DNA from: Lingula anatina
Taxonomy: Eukaryota > Animalia > Brachiopoda
DNA: 64,000 nt
Direction of reading: 5' to 3'
Assembly (NCBI GenBank): GCA_051362555.1
Contig: CM120640.1
Span: 15,438,001-15,502,000 of the forward strand
How positions within the stretch are numbered: position 1 is the stretch's first letter; each line of letters opens with the position of its first letter. The translations under genes were made by a program, and so were the position numbers. Under the pieces are notes generated by a model. That model ran no database searches, was not told the DNA's origin, and saw only the letters and a list, made by a program, of their open reading frames with translations. Shown in pieces: positions 39,628-51,122 of the stretch.

Positions 39628-42600
39628 TTATTATATCAATGTAGTGCAACTGTTAGCTGGAAAGAGTACAATAATGAGGGAACAAAACTTCTCTTTCAGA
39701 ATATATAGCATTGCTACAGGAACTGTTGTAGAATGTGAAACTGTAATTAGTTCAGTTTATTTTAACATATATTTCATTATACAGTATAAAGCAAATGAAA
39801 AAAAAGTTGACACTATATGAGAAACTAACACCTGACAAGAAGGCAGCTGGACCACATCACTTTCATTACATAAATTTCAAAAGGTTAAAAATCTAAGAAA
39901 GAGACATCTACATTACTTTTTTATAGTCAAGACTGATGAATTTTGGTTTATTATTTCTACATGCAACCATCACTTCAATTTTCAAAACAATGGCAACCAT
40001 CAATTAAATTTTCAAAACAATGTACCTGGTCAGAAATGAAAACTTTCTACTTACTGTGGAGCATACATCATGCACAGACTGCTGAAGTAGCCACTGGTAA
40101 ATGCCATGATGATTCCCCCTAAACAGTAGACATAGTCATTGCCTATGATCACTGGGAAGGACCTGTGCTCTGGGCGGTAGTTACACATTAAGAAGAAAGG
40201 GATGAACAGGACTCTAAGTACTATTGGGATCCACACCCACTTGGGTCCAGGCTGAAAAATTATAGTCCAATGATTAAAGTTCTGTGTCACCTATAACAAA
40301 ACTACCTGGCTTGGAACTTGTGGACATTAAAAATTATAACCGTGTTTGCTATATCCTAAATTTACAGTCTACCTTTTTTTTTTTTTTTTGCTAAAGCTAA
40401 TTAGATAAAAATGTGGAGCACATAATCTAATAACTAATTAAGTAGCTCCTTGAAATAACAGACCACACCATACGGTAAAGTCTTGAAAATTTCGTCGCTT
40501 AAAAATTAATTAATATTTTTAAATGTGTAAATCCGACTAATTTTTCAAAATTACCTCTCCCCGACTCCTGGGTATGACGAAATTTTCAAAAATCCGGCCT
40601 TTGTGCTTTTATACTTAGCGGCTGTTATCTTTGACCCTCCTATGTTGTGGGATATTTATTACTACTTCTTAAGTCATTTTCTGGTGGTAAATAATAATCT
40701 ATTTATTTGTGCATCTCGATTAAGTTATATTTAACTTACTGTACCCGAAAATATGTTGAGAATCATCTTCTTGGTAAGAAACATACCTCCTGATAGAGGA
40801 GAAGGATCAAGATAAGCCTAATTGCAACCTTGCATCATAACCGGGACGCGACATATTAAAAAAAAATTACGCACTTGGCAACGTTTGTTGCAAGCAGGGC
40901 TTTTCCCAGGATTAAGTGTCAGGCCTTCTAAAATTACCATCTGTAACTTCCTAAAATTTACAGGGAGTTAAAATAATTGCTCCCGCTGACGATCTTCTGT
41001 AATTTAAGTTCCTTGAACTAATATGAAAACTGCATTTTATTATTGCTTACATCGCGAATGATCTCCCGATGATGATATAAAAATTGCCTTTTCGTCTCGC
41101 TCGGATCGCGAACGATCTCCCTCTGACGATCTTACGCGAACAAAGTCCTGACGATATTACGCAAACGATTCTTCACCGAAAATATGCCGTGAGCGGGGAA
41201 GGGGGGTTAAAGATAAAATTTTAAAAATATATTATTTATAAAATTCAAAGGGGGAAAGGGGTTAAAATAATGATCTCCCGCTGACGATCGTTGGCAAACT
41301 AAGTTCCTTGAACTAATATGAAAACTGCCTTTTATTATTGCTTACATCGCGAACAATCTCCCGATGAAGATATGAAAATTGCCTTTACGTCTAGCTAGGA
41401 TCGCGAACGATCTCCCTCTGATATGATCTTACACGAACAAAGTCCTGATGATCTTACGCTAACGATTCTCCGCCGAAGACATGCCGTGAGCGGGGAAGGG
41501 GGGGTTAAAGATAAAATGAAAAATATATATTATTTATAAAATTCAAGAGGGGGCGTTAAATAATGATCTCCCGCTGACGATCTTTCGCAAACTAAGTTCC
41601 TTGAACTAATATGAAAAGTGCATTTCATTCTTGCTTACATCGCGAACGATCTCCCGATATGAAAATTACCTTTTCGTCTCGCTCGGATCACGAACGAACT
41701 CCCTCTGACGATCTTACAACAAAGTCCTGAGGATATTACACGAACGATTCTCCGCTGAAGATATGCCGTGAGCGGGGGAAGGGTGGGTTAAAGATAAAAT
41801 GAAAAATATATGTTGTTTATAAAATTCAAAGGGAGAGGGGGGTTAAAATAATGATCTCCTGCTGACGATCTTCCACGAACGAAGTTCCCTTGAACTAATA
41901 TGAAAGAGCATTTTATTCTCGCTTACATCGCGAACGATCTCCCGCTGAAGATATGAAGATTGCCTTTTCGTCTCTCTCGAATCGTAAACGATCTCCCGCT
42001 GATGATCTTACGCGAACGGAGTCCGCTACAAATATGAAAATTATCTTCTCGTCTCGTTTGGATCGCGAACGATCTGTTGACGATATTACGCGAACGATTC
42101 TCCGCTGAAGATATGAAAATTTCCATCTCGTCCCATTCGCATTGCGAACGATCTCCATGTACGAGCCAGGTAATCGATAAATGGTCCTAAATTCAACATG
42201 GCCATGATAATAGAAGTTACAGGTACATTTCCCTTCGAGATAATATCTTGATTTTTTCATTGTGTCTTCCTCATTTCTAAAGGACAGCCGCCGATAACAA
42301 TAACGGCGTTACAAATGACAGAGCCGCGGCCTGTGACTTCTATTTGCCGGCTGGATAACGCACCTTGAGCCAGGTAGTAGTAATAAAACTAAAGACAAAA
42401 GGCCGACGTTCCCGCAATTGAGAACGGGAATTCACATCTAAACCATCTACTGGTATATTGTGAATGACCGCTCGCAGGGGCGCACTATTGTTCCTATCTC
42501 CCATTGAGAGTGTTATCGGCAATGATATCCTGATCGTATCATTGTCTTGAATCAACTGACGCATTACCTTTATGTTTGAGCTGGACAACGCGACCATATT

Positions 42601-45600
42601 TGGTGACGAACTTTTCAAAAATTATCGAGTACCACATTTTCAAGGTCGACGAAGTTTTCAAAGGGAAAAAAATTATGTCGGCGGAAAATTGTCGGCCGAC
42701 GAAATTTTCAAGAACGACGAAATTTTCAAGACTTTACCGTACCTTCTTTATCCACTCTGTTGTGAGATTCCCCATCATGGCAAAGGCATTGAAGAACAGA
42801 AAACAGGTGACTGGTGTGAAATAACGAGCTGGAATAAGAATATTTAACCTGTTAGTCCAATAAAGACCATCTTAAACACTACAGTGAAGTATATCTGGGG
42901 CAGAAAACAGCTGACTGAAGTGAAGCAAAGATATAAACTTAAAAAAATGCAATCAGTTGGAAGGAAACCTTTTCTTAAAATTGTGAAAAAAGTAGTGAAA
43001 AACCCTGCTAACTATTATTTTTTCTTAATAAATCTTATTTCATTAAAGCACAGCAGTTCTTCTAAATACTTACGGTTCATGAAGTTTTCGTCTAACATCT
43101 CCACATTGACTTGGATGGAAGGAAAGCATGTCAGTGACACAAAGAACACAAACCAAACATTGAACAGCTGTACCCAAACCTGGAAAAAATAATATACGAC
43201 TTATGAAATATTACCATACACTAAGCATATACCTCTAATGCAAAAGACACGTTTTGTTGTTTTTGGTATAATAATACAATATAGGACTTATATATGTATT
43301 TTACCCAACCACTATGAATGAATACTTAAATAATCATATGCAAGAGTGCTGTACACAGGGTTGAAAGTGGACCTTTTAAAATTTATTTGAAAATAACAAT
43401 ACATACGTGAGGGGACATGGCGGCCCGAAAAAATTTTATGATTTTAAAAAAAAATATTTGGATTTTCAAATAAGTCTGGATGGCTATTATCTCTAAGTAC
43501 ATCAAATGATGGTTTACATATATTGATTAATGCTGAAATTGTTGTACATGTATGAAATACCTTTTTGAATACTTTCCAATATGGTGGCCTTGACCTATGA
43601 TGTTTGTGTTCCTCTTCATGAAGCGCCTCCACGCCTTGAGTGTGGTAGTAACGATAAAATTTCTGATAAAAAGAAATAAAATATTTAAATTATGGTATTA
43701 AGTATTCAATAATAATATAAATAATAATAATAATAACAACAACAACAACAACAATAATAATAGTAATAATGATAAAATATTTTTTCTAATTTAGAGGACA
43801 AAATCATACACCAGTTACAATATGCATTATATCACTAAAAATGACATCAATGTACAGCCAACTTTCCCTCACCAAAAGTGGCAATGCAAAGAAGGTATCA
43901 AATGCAATCAGCAGTACAATGATGGCAGCCACGAAGTAATAGATGGCAGATGTTCTGGGATCTGGAGTGCCTGAAAAAACATGCAAAATCTTGAATGAAC
44001 CAAATATTTCACAATCCCATAAAAACATAAAAACCATAAAATGAGGTGGTTTATCTATCACAGTAACACCCGAAGAGTGCCAAATAACTGTCTGCAGGTC
44101 ACAGGGCACTTACTACACCAACTATTTCAACACGTGAAGTACACATTCAATCAGTCAACAACAAGACTTAAATCCATATATTTCAAAACTTACCTGCAAG
44201 AGCAAGGATGGATATTACAGATGTAAGAGTTCCACTTGTATTCTAAAAATAGATGTGAAATGTTACTAATCTGGATAAGAAATTTTACACTAACTAGTCT
44301 AATAGCTGAAGTAAATCCCTTAAAGTGATTGGTTTATTTACATGGATATCGCATGAAGAAATACATTAATTTAACAAAATTTAGGGTGCTCTCCACGTTT
44401 AAAGCTTAAAGCTTACTGTTAATTTCGTCTTGTTCAAAGGCCAACTTGACTATACACATAATTTAAAGACCACTTATTTCTTTACTTGTATTAAGTCAAG
44501 TAAACTATTACATGCATGCCTTAGGTTTCATTTAGAATTTTAAAAATGTTTCTTTAGACAAGGGGTTTATATTACATGATCTTTTAAACAGCAATACATC
44601 TTTGAGAAAGAGAATCTTGCTATCTGAACATACAAGATTCAAGAAAACATGTTCTGGATTTTTTTTAAATGGTGCTGGCACTACACTATGTAACAGTACA
44701 ATCTATCAATCTTTCAAGTACAAGCTTTCAATTACGAACAGCTTCATAAAAACAGCCATAAACATGAGCTGTAACTTGAAACTTAAAAACTGTAAAAATA
44801 CTGAGTAAATGCTTACAGAGCCTAAGACAACAGCATTGGTATATTTCATGGGAAGATTAGCTGCAAGGCCATAGATACTGTTCTGGTATACCCCTGTTGC
44901 CACTGAAACAACACAGCAAAAGAAAATATCAGTTTTTTTTTATTAAACAATAGGTGTTCTTTCTTTTAGTTTTTCCAGACACAAACTGGACACAATTTCA
45001 CATCAAACTGTTGCTCAGTAGGCTTTCTTTTCAATAGTTTTTGTAGGCAAACATTGAAATCTTTCTTACAAACTAAAACTCGGTAATCAAAGTTCCTATA
45101 ATGTTGACAAATCCCACCAACAGCTATATTACATCTATTTATTTCAACATAAAACTATGTTGTACTTACTGTTGATGATGACAACAGTCCCCATGGTAAC
45201 AGCAAAAAATACCCCTGGCCCTGTAAATAATCAAGATATATTAATAAAAAAGACACGTAACATTAATCTTAAATCTATTTCTATTATGTTTTTACCAACT
45301 GAATAAGTAACCTACACATTTTATTACATCTTTTTTATCTTTATCTTCTTTTCTGTATCAAATTTATTCACACAATAATGTTGTATCAACTGTAAATTAA
45401 AGGAAGATAAAGAAAATCCTGCTTCCTTAATTAAATATCACTATTAATGTTCTCCTTACATTCACTGGTATCAATCATGGCCAGTACTACTGTGACTATG
45501 AAGAACACCACCATGACTGAAATGCTTACTACCACTCGCACAGTTGTGCCACCACTGAAAATATATAAATAAAAACCTTACGATGGGGAACAAGATTTTT

Positions 45601-48600
45601 TAAAATAGGTAGATAAAAAGTTTCAAAGGCAATCATCTTACATCTCAGTGTGCACTCACTCACTCACTTCCTGGACATCAACCCACCAAAACACACAGGC
45701 ACACATTGACAGTTTTAATAGTATAGGCATTTCCAGATATGACAGAACATTTATGAAATCCCACGAACTATGATGCAGGAATGCGTGGAAGATTGTAGCC
45801 CTTACTGCAATGAGAGTCAGGCAAGAAGAAGACCAAAGTTTTGTCTTATTTTGTGGACCACAAAATAAGACCAAAACTTTGTTCTTCTAGCCAAGATAAG
45901 CATTAGTCCTATTGAATGAAATACCATGTCAGTTTTATAACAATAAAGGAACTGCTTATGTTTGAAACCAATACTTTATCTGTATGTAAGTGGAATACTC
46001 TGAAACTACAAATGTTTTGAATCGAAGTTGAAGAAATTTCTGATGTAAAAGTTTAGACCAATTTCTGGGCTAGAGTTCTTGGTGAAATTGGTTTTATATA
46101 TATATACGTGACAGATTCCCTTACCCTCCACACTGGAAGAACATATTGATTAAATTCAGCAACACATTGGGTATCTGTGCAGTGATTCCAAGATAACTGA
46201 TGAAGTTTTTCCTGTACTCTGAGCTGTCACTACCATTGGTAGCTAGCTTATAGTCTGTGAAGTACTGGAATGAAAAATAAATGTCTTACAGAAGTCTTCT
46301 TAAATTGAAAGTAAACATAATCTGATTGACAATTGTATATTTTTTAATGCTAACATTACTATATTTTTGTTTGGGTAACATTTAACACAGTCTGAATAAA
46401 TAATCCAGTATTGCTGAGATCTTACGTAAACATTTGATTAAGAGTAATGGGAATGAACTTATTAAATGTGTGAGAGTGTGTGTGCACTGCATGCATGCCT
46501 ATACCTGCAATTGTGCACATTACTTACGGATTCAGCAGTGATGAACATATTCCATGGCATAAGGGTACCAATACCATGAACCAACAGTATTAAGTAAACC
46601 AGCATAAACCTGTAATAAAGGACCATGATTAAAATTTGTTCACACTCATGGCAATATGGACAAATCATATAAATAGTAAAAATTTTCTTTTTACACTGTC
46701 ATCTTAGCTATGGTAAATATGTCAGTCTGTCACTGTCAGGATAAAGTGCAAAATCAAAACCTTAGCCTAAAAATATTTAGAAGAACACCATTAGTTTTCT
46801 ACTGGATAAACATCACTGCAAAGGACTCTGCTCACCAAAACCCGAAATGCAACAATTTAAGACAATTTGATAATTATAATTATGCAATTAAGTTAATTAA
46901 AAATAGGTCAAAAGTCGCAGTTCTTACTTGTCTGTTGGAGCACTGGGTTCTTCCAACTCAAAGGCATGCACTTTCCCATTACTTCGAGACACCTCACCAT
47001 CATCTGGATCAATGGCTGTGACTTGGGGGAGAAAGGCCTCCCTCTCAGATGAGCTGCCAACTTCTGTAAAGTGAATAGTAAATGTAATGACAGGCCATTT
47101 TTGGTGCATCCAGTTGTTCATAAGGAGAGTTCTGTCTTGTCTTGGATAGGTTGGGTACAAAGACACTCACTGTGGTGAATTTTCAATCAAGCCTTAGTAG
47201 AGGAAGTTAGTGAATCTGACAACAAATCTGATTCTTAATGAAGTTGATCTTTCTGAATGTAATACTGCGTGGTTATAAAAATAACTCTTACACCAAGTAA
47301 GCCATGGGAAAATTTTCCTGCTTAATTCATTTTTTACATATGTAGTACATAGGCGTGGAAAAGAGCACAACTTAAGGTAATATTTTCTTTTCTCATCAAT
47401 ACTAAGAAAATTTACTGCTTCTAGTAAACTACTGAGGAAAAAATAATGTAGTAGGATGCTGAAAATTTTGGGTCATTTTTTATAAAAGGGCATCAAAAGA
47501 AATAATCATGTGCACATATTCTTTAATTCCCACAAAGCAAAAAAATACCATGTTACAGAAAAGAAAAAAAAACATCATGTAAACATTTACGTTATAACAT
47601 AGAAAACTGATGTGGTTCACTCAAGTGCACTTGACACTATAAATTTAGAGTGGCATTGATCTAAGAATAAAACTGCTGTTTATCTACATGAACAGAGTAC
47701 TGATTTTATCAGCATTTTGGGAAACAAATTACATTTTAACAGGAGATAAAACTTTAGTGACCTGAAATATCTGAACACTGCAATATCAACAATGATAATG
47801 ATGTTGAACATATAACCATTGATTTTACACTGAAAAGATGCCCTAATTCGAACTTTAAAGAGAAATGTCTCCCTGAGGCTGTTCATATGTTTTGCCTACT
47901 AAGGCTGGACCAGTTTCAAAAAGCAACTACAATATGAAAATTGCTCCTACATTTCAGACCAAACATTTGGTCTACACATATTTCAGCTCAAGATAAAACC
48001 ACAATCGTTTAAAATAAAGCAAATATTGATCAGAAACATTGGTCACGTCTAAGTTTAGACAATTTTTCCAGCTAAATATCTTTTGGGAAATAGCCTCCTG
48101 TTGTTCTGGGTTTGGTATATCAGACTCCCTAGCTGTTTGCATCAGACATATCAATACAGACGCAAATTTCTTCAGTTGGTTTGAATCATTTCTTAGTATA
48201 GAACCTGGACAGTTCTGAAAAATTTATGTTGTGGTAAAATATACTTAAGATTAATTTATGTCAAGCTGAAATGACCATTATTAGTAAATGATTTAAAAAT
48301 CTAAATAAGACAAATTATCATTATGGCAAGTCAAAAGGTAGACTCAAATGGTTAATTAACTGGAGATGAATACTGCTGACCCAGCCAGTCATTTCAGTTT
48401 CTTACATTTATTACTCTTACATGGTAACTTTGGTATAACTATGCATATCACACATCTGACTGAATGAATTTTTATAAGACAACAATTACACGCTTTCTTT
48501 GCTCGTCTTCTAAAAACATTAAATGCAGAAGCAGTCCATATTTTTCACCTGATGATGCACAATGATGGTCGGAATCACACCATGTAACATTTTTTTCCTG

Positions 48601-51122
48601 AATAATTTTCCCTTATCTTGACTAAGATTATCTGTCAAAACAGAGTGCCTTAATATGAGCACAGCATACCAAAATTTTTCTAATACTGCACATTCAGATT
48701 TTGTGTTCAGTGCTGATGTTATTAACCATAACCCATTCTTTTAATCTGTACTTTTGCTAAGATTTGACATTCACAAAAATAAAAAATGTTGAATAATTAA
48801 GCTTGTGGAAGCTATGCAGTATAGTGTCATACATGTATAATAATGTTCTCTGGCTTTGCAGTTACATAATCCATTTTGTCTGGACCACAAATGTGGAAAA
48901 TTGGTCTGAGCATTATAACCGGTCAAAAAGTTAACCCCTTTGATAAGGCAGAGTAAATGGTTCTGACCAGGGATATGATTAAACAGTTTTATTTTCTTCC
49001 ATTTAAGAAAGCCCTTAAGTCTATTCTGGCAGATTCTCTTTGATTAGAGATAGGCTTCGTTAACATGGAAAGTCTATTTTCTAAAAATCTATTTTCTATA
49101 AGCGGTATATCTTGTGATCATGGTCTGTGCCCTGAATGTCCCGCGGCGTAATTACTGGCAGTGCGAGTCAGTTACTATAAGTTACTATAAGTAACTGGCT
49201 CGCGCTGCCAGTATTACGCTGCGGGATATTCAGGGCACAGACCGTGATCATAAGATACCGCGAATAGAAAATAGATTTTTAGAAAATAGACTTTCCATGT
49301 GAACGAAGCCTTACATGCCAGCATTAGCTTTTGAATAAAAATTTCCCACACACCAAGTTACTTCAAGGCCATATGCTATGCACAGTATTTGCTATGTATA
49401 TTATACAATAGAAAAGATCAACAAATAGTTTGTTTCCTTTAATGCAACCCTGGCCTTCAGTGCATGGAGTATCTTACGTAATTAAAGCATTTTAGCATAT
49501 TACATGGCTCCTGCCTTTCCCTTTGTCTCAAAGACTTGATTAAAGGCCTGGTCTAAGTTCATGACCTTAACAGGTGTGTATTATTTCATTATACAGCAGC
49601 TCTAATAAATAAATCTTTCAACTGGCCTCTTTTTCTTTGTTGTGTTTACTAAGGAGGCCTGATAAGGACAGGACATGACTTTCTAGTTTAGTGAAAGAAT
49701 CAATCAAAGTTGGATATAATGGCAATGTCAGGTACAATACTCAATCTCCCAACTTCCATTTCTATTTCCATTTAGACTAATTTCATTGTGTAGCCAGTTT
49801 ACCAAGCTTATCTGTAACATAATGTCCAATGTAATTTCCTGCTTGATTCATAAATGCCAAGGCCTTGCTTGATATATTTCAATAAACCAGAACAGAATGT
49901 CCTAACCTATTCAGGTCACTCAACATATAATTTTGCCTCATCTTTTTCAATTATTGGTCAAAAGAATTTAAAAAAAGCACAGGCCTCTGACAAGGTAGCT
50001 CCATTCTCATTAATTAATTATTGATGGATCAACACAAAATTGAATCAATTTTAGGTACTAGTAAGCCCATTTCTGACAAATCTTGAAAATTTTATCAAAA
50101 CAGGTTTAACTTTTCACTTAATGAATTAGTCTGTTAAAACTATCAAATCAACAAAGGAAAAAACAGAGGTTTAAAAAAATATCAACATATCAAATATTGC
50201 TAAATTTTTGGTGTAATGTTTCATTAAAAAAAAAAAACACCCAACCACTATATAGAAAAAAAAATGATATGGAAACAACAAAAGACCATTTGTCACAAGA
50301 AAATGTCATGTCATACATCTGCACTCAAATTAAAACAAAACAGTTGTAGAAATTTATCAGTCTACTTTTCAAGACTAAGACAAGCCTGAACCCAAAATCC
50401 CCCAAAAAACACAGTAACAAATACTTGATTTCTCACATCATGCTTTACAATTATACTCAATGTTTTTCAAACTTTGCAATTCACAGTTGCATGTCTATAC
50501 ATAATAACACTGGGACATTTCTAACAATATAGGGGCCCTTCAGAAACATTATGCATAATTTATTGTAGCTATTCAGAAAAACACGTTATCTAAAACTCAG
50601 TTTTTGTCAATGTTAAGTTTGCAAATTGATTGGGAAATGAGGTCAATTCCTTTTTCCTTTTTAAAATGCAGTACTATAGGCCTATCTTTATCTTTTTAAT
50701 TTTTGCACACTTACATAAATAACATACAAAAATGCTTAAGTACATATAAGAAGTGGTCAGTTTTTTTTTCATATTGTCCCCCCCCCTGCATTTCTTAAAC
50801 ATACAATTATTTACACACATACTATCACTTTTTTACAACAAAGAATGTGAGCAATATTAATAAATAACATGCTATGATCACAAGACTTCATGCGACAAAA
50901 GCACAATTCACCTGCATGTTTAAGACAGAAAAGAAAAAAATATGACTCACCTGCATGTGCTTTTCCATTTGCATCCACTTTGACAACCACGGGTCTATTG
51001 TTCCCTTGTGGAGTATAGTTTCTTCTACCATTTCCTAGTTCTTTTTGTGGAGTATTGCTCAAACTAGTTTCTTCATCATCTGAGTTCTGCTGAAGGTGGT
51101 AGTGATCATGATTGGTGGCCAT
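39407..51122 (-). CDS. SLC29A1: Equilibrative nucleoside transporter (SLC29 family, ENT1/ENT3-like), 509 aa
   Basis: 14 coding exons: 51122-50951, 47063-46928, 46609-46528, 46264-46125, 45554-45460, 45220-45170, 44902-44817, 44242-44194, 43970-43873, 43662-43561, 43179-43074, 42828-42743, 40251-40055, 39536-39407 (1530 nt, in frame). Motifs HGIGTLMPWNMFIT, GVYQNSIYG, FFVSLTCFP, LRVLFIPFFLMCN, TSGYFSSLCMMYAP, AGMMAAFFLVFG. Paralogue identity within SLC29 and the first exon are less certain. Confidence 0.9.
40473..42739. mobile_element. 2267-bp non-autonomous DNA transposon with TA TSD (Tc1/mariner-superfamily-like) in an SLC29 intron
   Basis: Perfect 25-bp TIR CGGTAAAGTCTTGAAAATTTCGTCG; TA at 40471-40472 and 42740-42741; extra subterminal GACGAA.TTTTCAA copies (~40577, 42605, 42647, 42698); no transposase ORF. 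Confidence 0.92.
40965..42155. repeat. Tandem array of ~290-295-bp units built from ~25-30-bp subrepeats, inside the TA element
   Basis: AATAATGATCTCCCGCTGACGATC-like starts at ~40971, 41266, 41558, 41847; recurring CGCGAACGATCTCCC subunit. Confidence 0.9.
49053..49310. mobile_element. Almost fully palindromic MITE (~258 bp) in an SLC29 intron
   Basis: GGCTTCGTTAACATGGAAAGTCTATTTTCTAAAAATCTATTTTCTAT... pairs with ...ATAGAAAATAGATTTTTAGAAAATAGACTTTCCATGTGAACGAAGCC along its whole length; flanks ATA/TTA (Harbinger-like, imperfect). Confidence 0.88.

Noticed and set aside
41913-42847. ORFs inside the TA-flanked element as a transposase
   Set aside because: Translations are repeat-derived or lack any HTH/DDE motif.
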